Shown piece after piece: positions 20,189 through 27,708 of a DNA stretch of 58,569 nucleotides. The notes under the pieces are model-generated. The model searched no databases. It saw nothing but the letters and a program-made list of their open reading frames with translations, and was not told where the DNA came from. Every line of letters begins with the position of its first letter. Position 1 is the first letter of the stretch. A program made the position numbers and the translations under genes. Origin of the DNA: Clostridia bacterium (lineage in GTDB: Bacteria; Bacillota; Clostridia; Oscillospirales; CAG-272); the NCBI GenBank assembly GCA_017518975.1, contig JAFWTH010000037.1, forward strand, positions 1 through 58,569. The letters run 5' to 3'.

Positions 20189-20986
20189 TTGAAACCGGAA
20201 AAATCGTATCGCGGGACCGTAAAACGCGCGGCGGGGATCGCCCTGACGGCGCTGGCGCTCGCCGCGGCGGGAGGGATCGTTTTGTTCGGACTGTTCGGAT
20301 GTTTCAAAAAAGCGCCTGAGTACAAAATTGACTTCTCTGGGGAGGAGTCGTGGTACGAGGGGGCAAAAAAAACGTACCGCGAGGGAGAGACGGTCACGCT
20401 GTACTATAATCTCATCGCGACGGACACAGACTACAAATTTCTGCTCGACGGAGAACCGATAAACTTCGGTTACGACGACGAACGCGGCTTCGTGATAACG
20501 TTCGCCATGCCCGCGCACGACGTAAAACTCGAGTGCCAAACGAAGAACTCGATGGAGTACGTTCCCGAAGTCGTCCCGGATATCCTTCTTTTCGATTACT
20601 ATTCCGCGACGACGGGAACGGACGGATACGACAGCAGCACGGAGATCACGCTCTCGACTTACTCGGGCGAATCCCACCGCCTGTCCGTTTTCGAAAAAGC
20701 GTCCCCCGACGCTGAGGAAACGAGGACCGATTATCTCGTCCCCGTCGAGTTGTCCGAAAAGTGTTACCGCGCCGTCTTTGAGTACGGTATGAACGAATGG
20801 GCGGGCCGGGACGACCTCGAGCCGATCGACGGCGCGCTCGTCGTTCTTAAATACAGAGAAGGCGACGATTACGTCCGGCTGTCGTCCGACGCCGCGCCGC
20901 CCGGCGGGATCGCCGAGATGGATTCGATCGGCGTCATGCTGAGAGAATACGCGTCCCCGGATTATCTCGAGGAGGGACGGGAATGA
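20189..20986 (+). CDS. Putative lipoprotein or membrane-anchored protein with a B-repeat-like (beta-grasp) domain
   Basis: Basic N-terminus, hydrophobic stretch and LFGC lipobox-like motif; GETVTL...FAMPAHDVKL resembles InlB-B-type repeats. Confidence 0.6.
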   Translation: MKPEKSYRGTVKRAAGIALTALALAAAGGIVLFGLFGCFKKAPEYKIDFSGEESWYEGAKKTYREGETVTLYYNLIATDTDYKFLLDGEPINFGYDDERGFVITFAMPAHDVKLECQTKNSMEYVPEVVPDILLFDYYSATTGTDGYDSSTEITLSTYSGESHRLSVFEKASPDAEETRTDYLVPVELSEKCYRAVFEYGMNEWAGRDDLEPIDGALVVLKYREGDDYVRLSSDAAPPGGIAEMDSIGVMLREYASPDYLEEGRE

Positions 20987-21480
20987 GAGAGAATAAAAAA
21001 GACGGCGGGAAATACCCGTGGATAAAAAGCGTTTTCAAAAAGAGAAAAAAAGACCCCGTACGCGGAGCGGAAGGGGTTTACGCGGGTCCGGACTATTTCA
21101 GGGACGGACCGGGCGAATCGAAAAAAATCTACGCGGGACCCGAGTTTTATAAAAAGAAAGAAGATCCGTCAGACAACTCCCGCCCGGTCGGGGACGTCTA
21201 CGCGGGGCCTGAATTCTTTGAGGGCGAACCGGACGGCCTTGTGAAGGCGATCTACTCCGCTCCGGTATTCCCGGAAAGACCTCAGGAGCCGCCCGTAATG
21301 TGCGTTTACGCGGGACCCGAGTATTTCTCGCAGCGTCGGGACGGCGCTCCGGTCGGCGTGGCGCAGCCGCAGGAAAAAGACTGCGACGGATCTCCGCGCT
21401 GCGCCTTCTGCGGGACACGGACGCCCGACGGCGCGAAATTCTGCCCGGAATGCGGGACCCGTCTGACGAACGATGAGTGA
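20983..21480 (+). CDS. Putative rSAM substrate: five YAGP-type repeats plus C-terminal zinc ribbon
   Basis: GVYAGPDYF, KIYAGPEFY, DVYAGPEFF, AIYSAPVFP, CVYAGPEYF; CAFCG-x9-FCPECG; ATGA overlap with the upstream gene, GGAGGG RBS. Confidence 0.8.
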   Translation: MRENKKDGGKYPWIKSVFKKRKKDPVRGAEGVYAGPDYFRDGPGESKKIYAGPEFYKKKEDPSDNSRPVGDVYAGPEFFEGEPDGLVKAIYSAPVFPERPQEPPVMCVYAGPEYFSQRRDGAPVGVAQPQEKDCDGSPRCAFCGTRTPDGAKFCPECGTRLTNDE

Positions 21481-22525
21481 CCGGATAAAGGGAAGCGAAT
21501 TCCCGTTCCGCCTTCGCTCCTGCGTGTGGGAGATAACCCTCGCGTGCTGTTTCCGGTGCGCATACTGCGGCTCGCGCGGAGGTGTCGCGAGAGAGAACGA
21601 ACTCTCGACGGAGGAGTGTCTTGACGTCGCCGAACAGCTCGCCGATTTGGGCTGCCGCCGCGTCTCCATGATCGGAGGCGAGGTCTTCATGCGTCCCGAC
21701 TGGGAGCAGATCGTCGGCGCGCTGACGTCCCGCGGCGTTATCACGTGCATCATAACGAACGGATTCCGCATGACGGAACCTGTGATCGCCGCCCTGAAGC
21801 GCGTCGGGATCGAATCGGTCGCCGTCTCGATCGACGGGGTCGCCGAGGTTCACGACAAATACCGCCTGGCGGGCAGTTACGAGAGCGCGATGGCTGCGCT
21901 TGACGTCCTCTCCGAGGCGGGGATACCCGTCTCCGTAATCAGCGCGCTCCGCGCGGACAACGCCCCGCGCCTGTCCGAGCTTTACGAAATACTCAAAACG
22001 AAGAATATCTTCGCGTGGCAGATCCAGGCGTGCTCTCCGATGGGCAACGCCGCGGGCGGATCCGTCGACGTCGGATTCGACGCCTCGGAGGTCATAAAAT
22101 TCGTCGCCGAAAACGCGGGACGCGACCCGTTTTATATCGGGATCGCGGACAATATCGGTTACCACACCCCCGAGGAAGCGAAGATCCGCGGGAGGCGCGG
22201 CCTCGTTTTCGAGGGCTGCTCCGCCGGGCTGACAACGCTCGGGATAGACAGCGTCGGAAACGTCCGCGGCTGCGAGTCGATGTACGACGAACGGTTCAAC
22301 GAGGGCAATCTCAGAGAGAGATCGCTCAGAGACATCTGGTGCGATCCCGACACGTTCGCTTACAACAGGAAATTCACTCCCGATATGCTCGCGGGCGGAT
22401 GCGCGGGATGCCCGAAGGGAGACGTATGCGCGGGCGGATGCCGCTCGTACAACTGGTTCACGACGGGAGGACTCTACGAAAACGCGCTTTGCCCCCGCCG
22501 CGGGATAAATGTGAACAACGAATGA
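21473..22525 (+). CDS. Radical SAM/SPASM peptide or protein maturase (splicease-like)
   Basis: VWEITLA-CxxxCxxC-GSRGG, ELSTEE, IGGE, SIDG, ADNIGY, GCSAG...GNVRGC, CxxCx5CxxxC SPASM cysteines; 8-nt overlap with the repeat gene. Confidence 0.9.
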   Translation: MSDRIKGSEFPFRLRSCVWEITLACCFRCAYCGSRGGVARENELSTEECLDVAEQLADLGCRRVSMIGGEVFMRPDWEQIVGALTSRGVITCIITNGFRMTEPVIAALKRVGIESVAVSIDGVAEVHDKYRLAGSYESAMAALDVLSEAGIPVSVISALRADNAPRLSELYEILKTKNIFAWQIQACSPMGNAAGGSVDVGFDASEVIKFVAENAGRDPFYIGIADNIGYHTPEEAKIRGRRGLVFEGCSAGLTTLGIDSVGNVRGCESMYDERFNEGNLRERSLRDIWCDPDTFAYNRKFTPDMLAGGCAGCPKGDVCAGGCRSYNWFTTGGLYENALCPRRGINVNNE

Positions 22526-22559
22526 GCCGCGCGCCCCGTTTTTTTCGGAATGTTTTCCA

Positions 22560-22630
22560 TTGACCCGCCGAGGGCGGATATGATAGAATTTTATTCGGGA
22601 CGGAGAGGAGATCTCGCCGTCCCGAATAAA
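22560..22630 (+). promoter_or_regulatory. fsa promoter and long 5' hairpin
   Basis: TTGACC-18 bp-TAGAAT with TGn extension, then TTTATTCGGGACGG...CCGTCCCGAATAAA inverted repeat. Confidence 0.55.
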
Positions 22631-22654
22631 CGTTACGAAAGGTCACGGATCAAA

Positions 22655-23353
22655 ATGAACGAACTGATGCTTGACACCGCCAATCTCGAAGAGCTCGAAT
22701 ACGGTCTTTCGATGTGGCCGGTCGTCGGAGTAACCTCGAACCCCAGCATACTCAAAAAAGAAGGCGCGATAGACGTTTACGAACGGCTGAATACGATAAG
22801 ACGGCTCTGCACGAACGGGCGCAGTCTTCACATACAGGTCGTCTCTTCCACTACGAATGAAATAATCGAAGAGGCGAAGACGATAATTTCGAAGATCGGT
22901 CACGATACCTATATCAAGATCCCCGTCAGCGAGGCGGGTCTTCCCGCCATCAAGGCGCTCGCCAAAGAGGGCGTCAACGTGACCGCGACAGGCATATACA
23001 CGACGATGCAGGGCGTCCTCGCGGTCCTCGCGGGCGCCAAGTATATCGCCATCTACTACAACCGCATGGAGGACAACTGCACCGACGCGGACCGCGTCAT
23101 CGAGCAGATCCGCTCCTTCATCGACGAGTCCGGCTCGTCCGCGAAGATCCTCGCCGCAAGCTTCAAGAACGTAGCGGAGATCGTATCCGCTTTCGCCAGC
23201 GGCGCGCACAGCGCGACGGTCAGCTACGGCCTGATCAAAAAGGCGCTCTCGCTCCCGAGCATCGACTCCGCGGTCGACGCTTTCCGCCGCGATTTCGAGG
23301 AACTCCACGGCGAGGGCCAGACGATGGCGACGATCGCCGAAAAAAGCAAATGA
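22655..23353 (+). CDS. fsa: Fructose-6-phosphate aldolase (transaldolase family)
   Basis: LDTAN, GVTSNPS, IKIP (Schiff-base Lys), ILAASFKN; Tyr in AIYYNR favours FSA over transaldolase. Confidence 0.85.
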   Translation: MNELMLDTANLEELEYGLSMWPVVGVTSNPSILKKEGAIDVYERLNTIRRLCTNGRSLHIQVVSSTTNEIIEEAKTIISKIGHDTYIKIPVSEAGLPAIKALAKEGVNVTATGIYTTMQGVLAVLAGAKYIAIYYNRMEDNCTDADRVIEQIRSFIDESGSSAKILAASFKNVAEIVSAFASGAHSATVSYGLIKKALSLPSIDSAVDAFRRDFEELHGEGQTMATIAEKSK

Positions 23354-23360
23354 TCACTAC

Positions 23361-23400
23361 GGCCTCTTTTGCCCGTGCAAAAGAGGTCCTTGCTTTTTTT
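23361..23400 (+). terminator. Intrinsic terminator of fsa
   Basis: GCCTCTTTTGC-CCGT-GCAAAAGAGGT followed by a T-run. Confidence 0.8.
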
Positions 23401-23451
23401 GAGCCCTGTCGTGTATAATGATCTCAAAGATACGGAAAGGGAAAGAGACCG

Positions 23452-23478
23452 ATGACTAAGAATGCAGTTGCCGACTGA
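23452..23478 (+). CDS. Putative leader peptide MTKNAVAD (uORF)
   Basis: Purine-rich RBS (GGAAAGGGAAAGAG), ATG...GCC GAC TGA, downstream of a TTGCTT/TATAAT promoter (23390-23419). Confidence 0.55.
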   Translation: MTKNAVAD

Positions 23479-23632
23479 ACGAATATAGGCGCGCGAACCA
23501 AAGAAAGAGGTACGTCCTCTTTTGTTTTGCCGCGCCGTAACGAGTAACTTTCGGATAGTGGAAACCGCGGGACGCAGCCACAACGGGAGCTGCTTTGCCG
23601 CGGTATTTTTGCGCCCGACCACGTCGGGCGCA
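23479..23632 (+). promoter_or_regulatory. Structured leader / attenuator
   Basis: Three hairpins: GGCGCG..AAAGAGG/CCTCTTT..CGCGCC; ACCGCGG..GCAGC/GCTGC..CCGCGGT plus T-run; GCGCCCGAC/GTCGGGCGC. Confidence 0.6.
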
Positions 23633-23666
23633 ACGAACAAAACGACAATTAAGGAGAATTACCGAT

Positions 23667-25403
23667 ATGCAAATCAAACTCATACCCGTGGACGACTCCA
23701 ACAGGGACGCCGTTCTGGCACTCTCCGTACGCGAGGATCAGCCCTTCGTCGCACCGAACGACGTCTCTCTGGATCAGGCGGACGAGGCGAACGCAGATAA
23801 CCCCGGCTCGGCGCGCCCGTTTGCGATCTGCGCCGACGGCAGACCGGTCGGCTTCTGTATGTTCGCGGTCGACCCGGAAGACGACGACGAAGACGACAGA
23901 TACTACCTCTGGCGTTTCATGATCGATAGGAACGAACAGGGAAAAGGGTACGGTCAGGCGGCTCTCGAACTGATCGTCCGCTATTTCAGAGAACTCGGGG
24001 CGGACCGGATCCTTCTGTCCACGGAACCGGAAAACGAGCTCGGTCTGCACGTGTATCACAAGGCCGGTTTCAGAGAGACCGGCTGCATCAGCGACGGCGA
24101 GGCCGTCCTGAGACTGTGGCTGACGAAGAAAACGAAAAAGGAGCGGGACGCGTTTTTGTGGTTCGGCGTCAACGTAAAGGATGATCTGCGGATCGCGGAT
24201 AAAAACGGATACGGCGTCAGCGCCGCGATCTCGAACGGAGAGGATCTGCAGACGTACTGCGCCGGAAGCGGCAGATACGGCAGCGACTTCCACGTGAACC
24301 CGGATATGCTCTTTCAGGCGGGATCCGTCAGCAAGCCCGCGTTCGCCCTGACTCTGCTCAGGTACGCCGACAAGGGGAAGATTAATCTCGACGCCGATAT
24401 ATCGGGCGTCGTGCCGGAATACGCGAAGATACCGGTAACGTTCTCCGCGCTGCTGTCCCACACGGCGGGATACAACCTCCACGGCTTCCCGGGATACAGA
24501 GCGGATCGCGAGCCGCTCTCGCTCGAGGACGTTCTGAACGGGAAGGGGATCACGCCGAAACTGCGCAGGATCCGCCCTTACGGGAAACAGTTTATGTATT
24601 CCGGCGGCGGGATCACCCTTGCTGAACTTGCTTTCACCCGCATGACGGGAGAGACGCTGCGCGACGCTTTCAGCAAAGAGGTCGCGGAGCCGCTGGAACT
24701 GACTCGAACGGGTTTTTTCCAGCCCCTTGACGAAGAACTCGTCGGGAACGCCGCGTTCGGCGGCAAACTCGGAGAAAAGGAAGATCCGGCTCACGGATAT
24801 CACTATTACCCCGAACATGCGGCGGCGGGCCTCTGGACCACGCCGACGGAGCTCTGCAGGATCGGGATCGCCCTCTCGCGCAGCTACCGCAAAGGAGGAT
24901 TCCTCAAAAAAGAGTCCGCAAGGCGTATGCTGACGCCGGTAATGGATAATTACGACCTCTGCATTTGCAATTATCGCGGCGACGTGGGGTATCACGACGG
25001 TTGGAACGAGGGCTTCCTGACCGAGTGGATGTTCTCCCTGCGCCGCGACCTGTGCGTGGCGAGCACGTTCAACAGGACCACGGACGAACTCGCCGGGAAA
25101 CATTTTGGGGTCGCGCTCGGGTTGTTCCAGAACGCGGAGGAGGAGATCGCCGAAGACGACGGCGTGAAAATCCCGAAAAAAATCTGCGGAAAATACGAAC
25201 AGAACGTCGCTGACTTCCGTCTTGAGGAGGTCTTTATGAAAGACGGAGACCTGTACGCCCGGATCCTTGGCGAGGACGGCCCCTTCACGAGCGCGCTTTA
25301 TCCCATCGAAAAGAACACGTTCGGCAGAAAAGGCGGTTTTGCAAAGATAACCTTCGGCGACGGCTTCCTCACCGTCAACGGGATCAAGTGTAAGAAGCTG
25401 TAA
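23667..25403 (+). CDS. Fusion of GNAT N-acetyltransferase and serine hydrolase (beta-lactamase class C-like fold)
   Basis: N-terminal WRFMID..EQGKGYG and YHKAGF; C-terminal FQAGSVSK (SxxK), LLSHTAG, YSG, AAAGLWTT, HDG; AAGGAG RBS. Confidence 0.85.
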   Translation: MQIKLIPVDDSNRDAVLALSVREDQPFVAPNDVSLDQADEANADNPGSARPFAICADGRPVGFCMFAVDPEDDDEDDRYYLWRFMIDRNEQGKGYGQAALELIVRYFRELGADRILLSTEPENELGLHVYHKAGFRETGCISDGEAVLRLWLTKKTKKERDAFLWFGVNVKDDLRIADKNGYGVSAAISNGEDLQTYCAGSGRYGSDFHVNPDMLFQAGSVSKPAFALTLLRYADKGKINLDADISGVVPEYAKIPVTFSALLSHTAGYNLHGFPGYRADREPLSLEDVLNGKGITPKLRRIRPYGKQFMYSGGGITLAELAFTRMTGETLRDAFSKEVAEPLELTRTGFFQPLDEELVGNAAFGGKLGEKEDPAHGYHYYPEHAAAGLWTTPTELCRIGIALSRSYRKGGFLKKESARRMLTPVMDNYDLCICNYRGDVGYHDGWNEGFLTEWMFSLRRDLCVASTFNRTTDELAGKHFGVALGLFQNAEEEIAEDDGVKIPKKICGKYEQNVADFRLEEVFMKDGDLYARILGEDGPFTSALYPIEKNTFGRKGGFAKITFGDGFLTVNGIKCKKL

Positions 25404-25435
25404 ACCGGCAGATCCGCTCTGTCCGCAAAAAAGTG

Positions 25436-25464
25436 TTGACAATGATTTGCCGCCGTGATAGAAT
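25436..25464 (+). promoter_or_regulatory. tRNA promoter
   Basis: TTGACA-17 bp-TAGAAT with TGn extension and GC-rich discriminator. Confidence 0.8.
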
Positions 25465-25480
25465 ATAACGGCGGCGAAAA

Positions 25481-25554
25481 GGGCCATTAGCTCAGTTGGT
25501 TAGAGCATCCGGCTCATAACCGGACGGTCCGGGGTTCGAGTCCCTGATGGCCCA
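25481..25554 (+). tRNA. tRNA with CAT anticodon, most likely tRNA-Ile2 (lysidine); CCA not encoded
   Basis: Acceptor GGGCCAT/ATGGCCC-A, D-arm AGCTCAGTTGGTTAGAGC, anticodon arm TCCGG-CTCATAA-CCGGA, T-loop GTTCGAGTC. Confidence 0.93.
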
Positions 25555-25559
25555 CACAT

Positions 25560-25598
25560 AAAAGGATTGCTGTCTTGACAAAGACAGCAACCCTTTTA
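25560..25598 (+). terminator. Terminator after the tRNA
   Basis: AAAAGGATTGCTGTCTT-GAC-AAAGACAGCAACCCTTTT. Confidence 0.8.
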
Positions 25599-25629
25599 TC
25601 TACTTTACGCGAAAGGATTCATTCTCAAT

Positions 25630-25977
25630 ATGAAAAGAAGACACTTAATATGTTTTACTCTTCTTGCATTTCTAATAGTCATGTTATGCGCAGGCTGTGC
25701 AAATCAGAGACCGCGAGATGAATTAATATCATCGATTACTTCTCCGGATGGGATTCATATTATGAATATTTACAGGAATAACGGTGGAGCTACAGTCGAT
25801 TGGTCTACGACCATCTCTATTCAAAAAGTCGGAGCTTCGACGGAAAGAAACATATATTTCCATTACCATGAAGAGAATCCATATGAGGCAGTATGGGTAG
25901 ACAATGACACGGTCAGGGTCAATGGATTGGAATTGAATATTTACAAAGACTATTATGAATCATTCAACCGCAAATAA
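25630..25977 (+). CDS. Small AT-rich lipoprotein, DUF5412-like
   Basis: Signal peptide ending CAGC; SPDG, NGGAT, RNIYF, VWVDNDTVRVNG motifs. Confidence 0.7.
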   Translation: MKRRHLICFTLLAFLIVMLCAGCANQRPRDELISSITSPDGIHIMNIYRNNGGATVDWSTTISIQKVGASTERNIYFHYHEENPYEAVWVDNDTVRVNGLELNIYKDYYESFNRK

Positions 25978-26122
25978 TAATTGGATGCTCGGCTCATAAT
26001 ACCGAATAAAGATACTGCCGATTTTTTCCCTTGTGCAGATAAACTACAATCTTCGGAAGAAACATGCAGACGTTACGAAATTTAACGATAGTCCCCTTTT
26101 TGTTGAAATAGCAATCTTTAGC

Positions 26123-26415
26123 CATAGAGAAAAGCACCCAATGGGTGCTTTTCTCTATGTGTGCGTCGCTGCCGCGACGAGAACCCGCGCATTTCACTTT
26201 GCTGAAAGTTCGTTTTTCTTCATAAATGCGCCGTAGAGAAATTGTTTTCCCCGAAAACAATTTCTCTATCCTTGTTGCGGTACGGTGTGTAAAAAACACA
26301 CTCAATTAAACCGCAACAAGACGAGTCCCGGATGGCGCCGCCGGCGCGCTTCCTTTTCTCTTCTCTTTTCACTCTTCTCTCTTCACTCAAAAAGCGGAAC
26401 CGCAGAGTTCCGCTT
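26123..26415. repeat. Palindrome-dense intergenic region with heptamer-like pyrimidine repeats
   Basis: Inverted repeats CATAGAGAAAAGCACCC/GGGTGCTTTTCTCTATG, TAGAGAAATTGTTTTC/GAAAACAATTTCTCTA, TTGTTGCGGT/ACCGCAACAA; TCTCTTC/TTCACTC tract; AAAAGCGGAAC/GTTCCGCTTTT terminator. Confidence 0.75.
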
Positions 26416-26420
26416 TTCTT

Positions 26421-26963
26421 TTATTCTCTTTCCAGCACTCTTTCTATCTCTCCCACGTACATTTTGTGGAATCCGCTGCTTTCGTAATGTGTGAGGCATT
26501 CTCTGTCAACAAAAGCGCGCTCTTCTATCGGTACGGCGTACAGTTTTTTCAGGGTCAGAACGAGAGCCGCCTCGCTGAAGTACACCGACGTGCCGCCGTC
26601 CTCCTCCGTGAATACCGGAGTGAGCGAACACTCAAGAGCTTTGTCGACGTCCCTGCCGCTCTTCGAGCCGCAGAACGCGAGCTCCGGTCTTTTGTCTTCT
26701 CCGAAAAACGAGAGCGTCATATAGTCGGACGCCTCGGCGAACGAATAGGTGTGCCGTTCCGGGCGGATGAAGACGAACGCGACGGGCTTTCCCCAGAGGA
26801 CCCCGACGCCGCCCCAGCTCGCCGTCATCGTATTGTACGTGGAACCGCACGCGTCGCCCTTTCTCGAACCGTCCTTCGCCGCGGTGACGAGCATCCATTC
26901 GCGCCCGATGCGGTCAATCATGTTCCCGCGGATCTCCGCGGGCGATATCTCACGAAATCCCAT
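26421..26963 (-). CDS. Flavin reductase-like protein
   Basis: WMLVTA, NTMTASWGGVG, FIRPERHT, CGSKSGRDVDK, HKMYVGEI. Confidence 0.88.
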   Translation of the reverse strand: MGFREISPAEIRGNMIDRIGREWMLVTAAKDGSRKGDACGSTYNTMTASWGGVGVLWGKPVAFVFIRPERHTYSFAEASDYMTLSFFGEDKRPELAFCGSKSGRDVDKALECSLTPVFTEEDGGTSVYFSEAALVLTLKKLYAVPIEERAFVDRECLTHYESSGFHKMYVGEIERVLERE

Positions 26964-26974
26964 CTTCCCCTCCG

Positions 26975-27310
26975 TCAGAAGTTCGAGCCCGACCAGCCCC
27001 ACGTGCCGGTCTCCTCGTATTTGACGTAAACTCTGCTCTCGGGCGCGCCGGTCGCCTCAGACAGCGCGCGGCAGAGCTCCGCGGTCAGTTTGTCGTAAGC
27101 GTCGCGGGACGCCGCGCCGAAGAGGGAGACCTCCGCCATAACGCAGAGTTCCTCCGATCCGGCAAACGCCATTTTCGCGCCGTCCTCGACCTTCGTCATA
27201 AGCCATCTCTCGGTTTTTCCTGGAATGAGGGCGATCGCCTCGCCAAGCTTCTTTTCAAGTTTTCCCGCATCCACGCCGGATGCGTTCGTCGTAACTTTGA
27301 TATAAGGCAT
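26975..27310 (-). CDS. MIF/tautomerase-family protein
   Basis: N-terminal MP (catalytic Pro-1), IPGKTERWLM, RVYVKY, WGWSGSNF. Confidence 0.85.
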   Translation of the reverse strand: MPYIKVTTNASGVDAGKLEKKLGEAIALIPGKTERWLMTKVEDGAKMAFAGSEELCVMAEVSLFGAASRDAYDKLTAELCRALSEATGAPESRVYVKYEETGTWGWSGSNF

Positions 27311-27312
27311 TT

Positions 27313-27708
27313 TTATTCTCCTTCCTTGTTCTCCCGCGGGAAAGCCGTGTCGAACAGCTCCGCGGCCCGTTTGGTCTGATCCGTGAGGAACAGATATCCG
27401 AAAAGGGACTCAAGTCCCGTCGCCCGCCTGTATTCCGCGGGTCTGGCGCTCTTCGGAACGCCCGTGTGAACGTCGTTCCGTCCTCTTCTGAGAACGTCCT
27501 TTTCCTCCCCGGTGAGCAGCGGCTCCAATCTGTCCGCCGCCGCGCTCTGCGCCGCCGCCGTGACGTATTCAAGCGACTTCACGCTCGGCGATTTCACGCC
27601 CTCTTTCACGAGGCGTTCCCTTACGAACACCTCGAAAACGGCGTCGCCGAGATAAGCGAGGTGCGCCGAGGAGACAGTCCTGATCAACGCGTCCGTTTTT
27701 TCGCTCAC
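27313..27708 (-). CDS. mrnC: Mini-ribonuclease III
   Basis: LAYLGDAVFE, V.AAAQ, RRGRN, YRRATGLESLFGYL; GTGA overlap with the upstream gene. Confidence 0.9.
   Translation of the reverse strand: MSEKTDALIRTVSSAHLAYLGDAVFEVFVRERLVKEGVKSPSVKSLEYVTAAAQSAAADRLEPLLTGEEKDVLRRGRNDVHTGVPKSARPAEYRRATGLESLFGYLFLTDQTKRAAELFDTAFPRENKEGE

Noticed and set aside
21070-21330. YAGP-coding DNA repeats as a CRISPR or DGR template/variable repeat
   Set aside because: The repeats stay in frame and vary mainly at synonymous positions; there is no reverse transcriptase or cas gene in the window
23479-23632. Leader as a T-box or known riboswitch
   Set aside because: GTGGAAACCGCG only partly resembles the T-box sequence; no specifier stem or recognisable aptamer consensus was found
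25481-25554. tRNA as initiator or elongator Met
   Set aside because: It has a paired G1-C72 and lacks the three G-C anticodon pairs of initiators; the overall sequence fits Ile2 better, though elongator Met is not fully excluded
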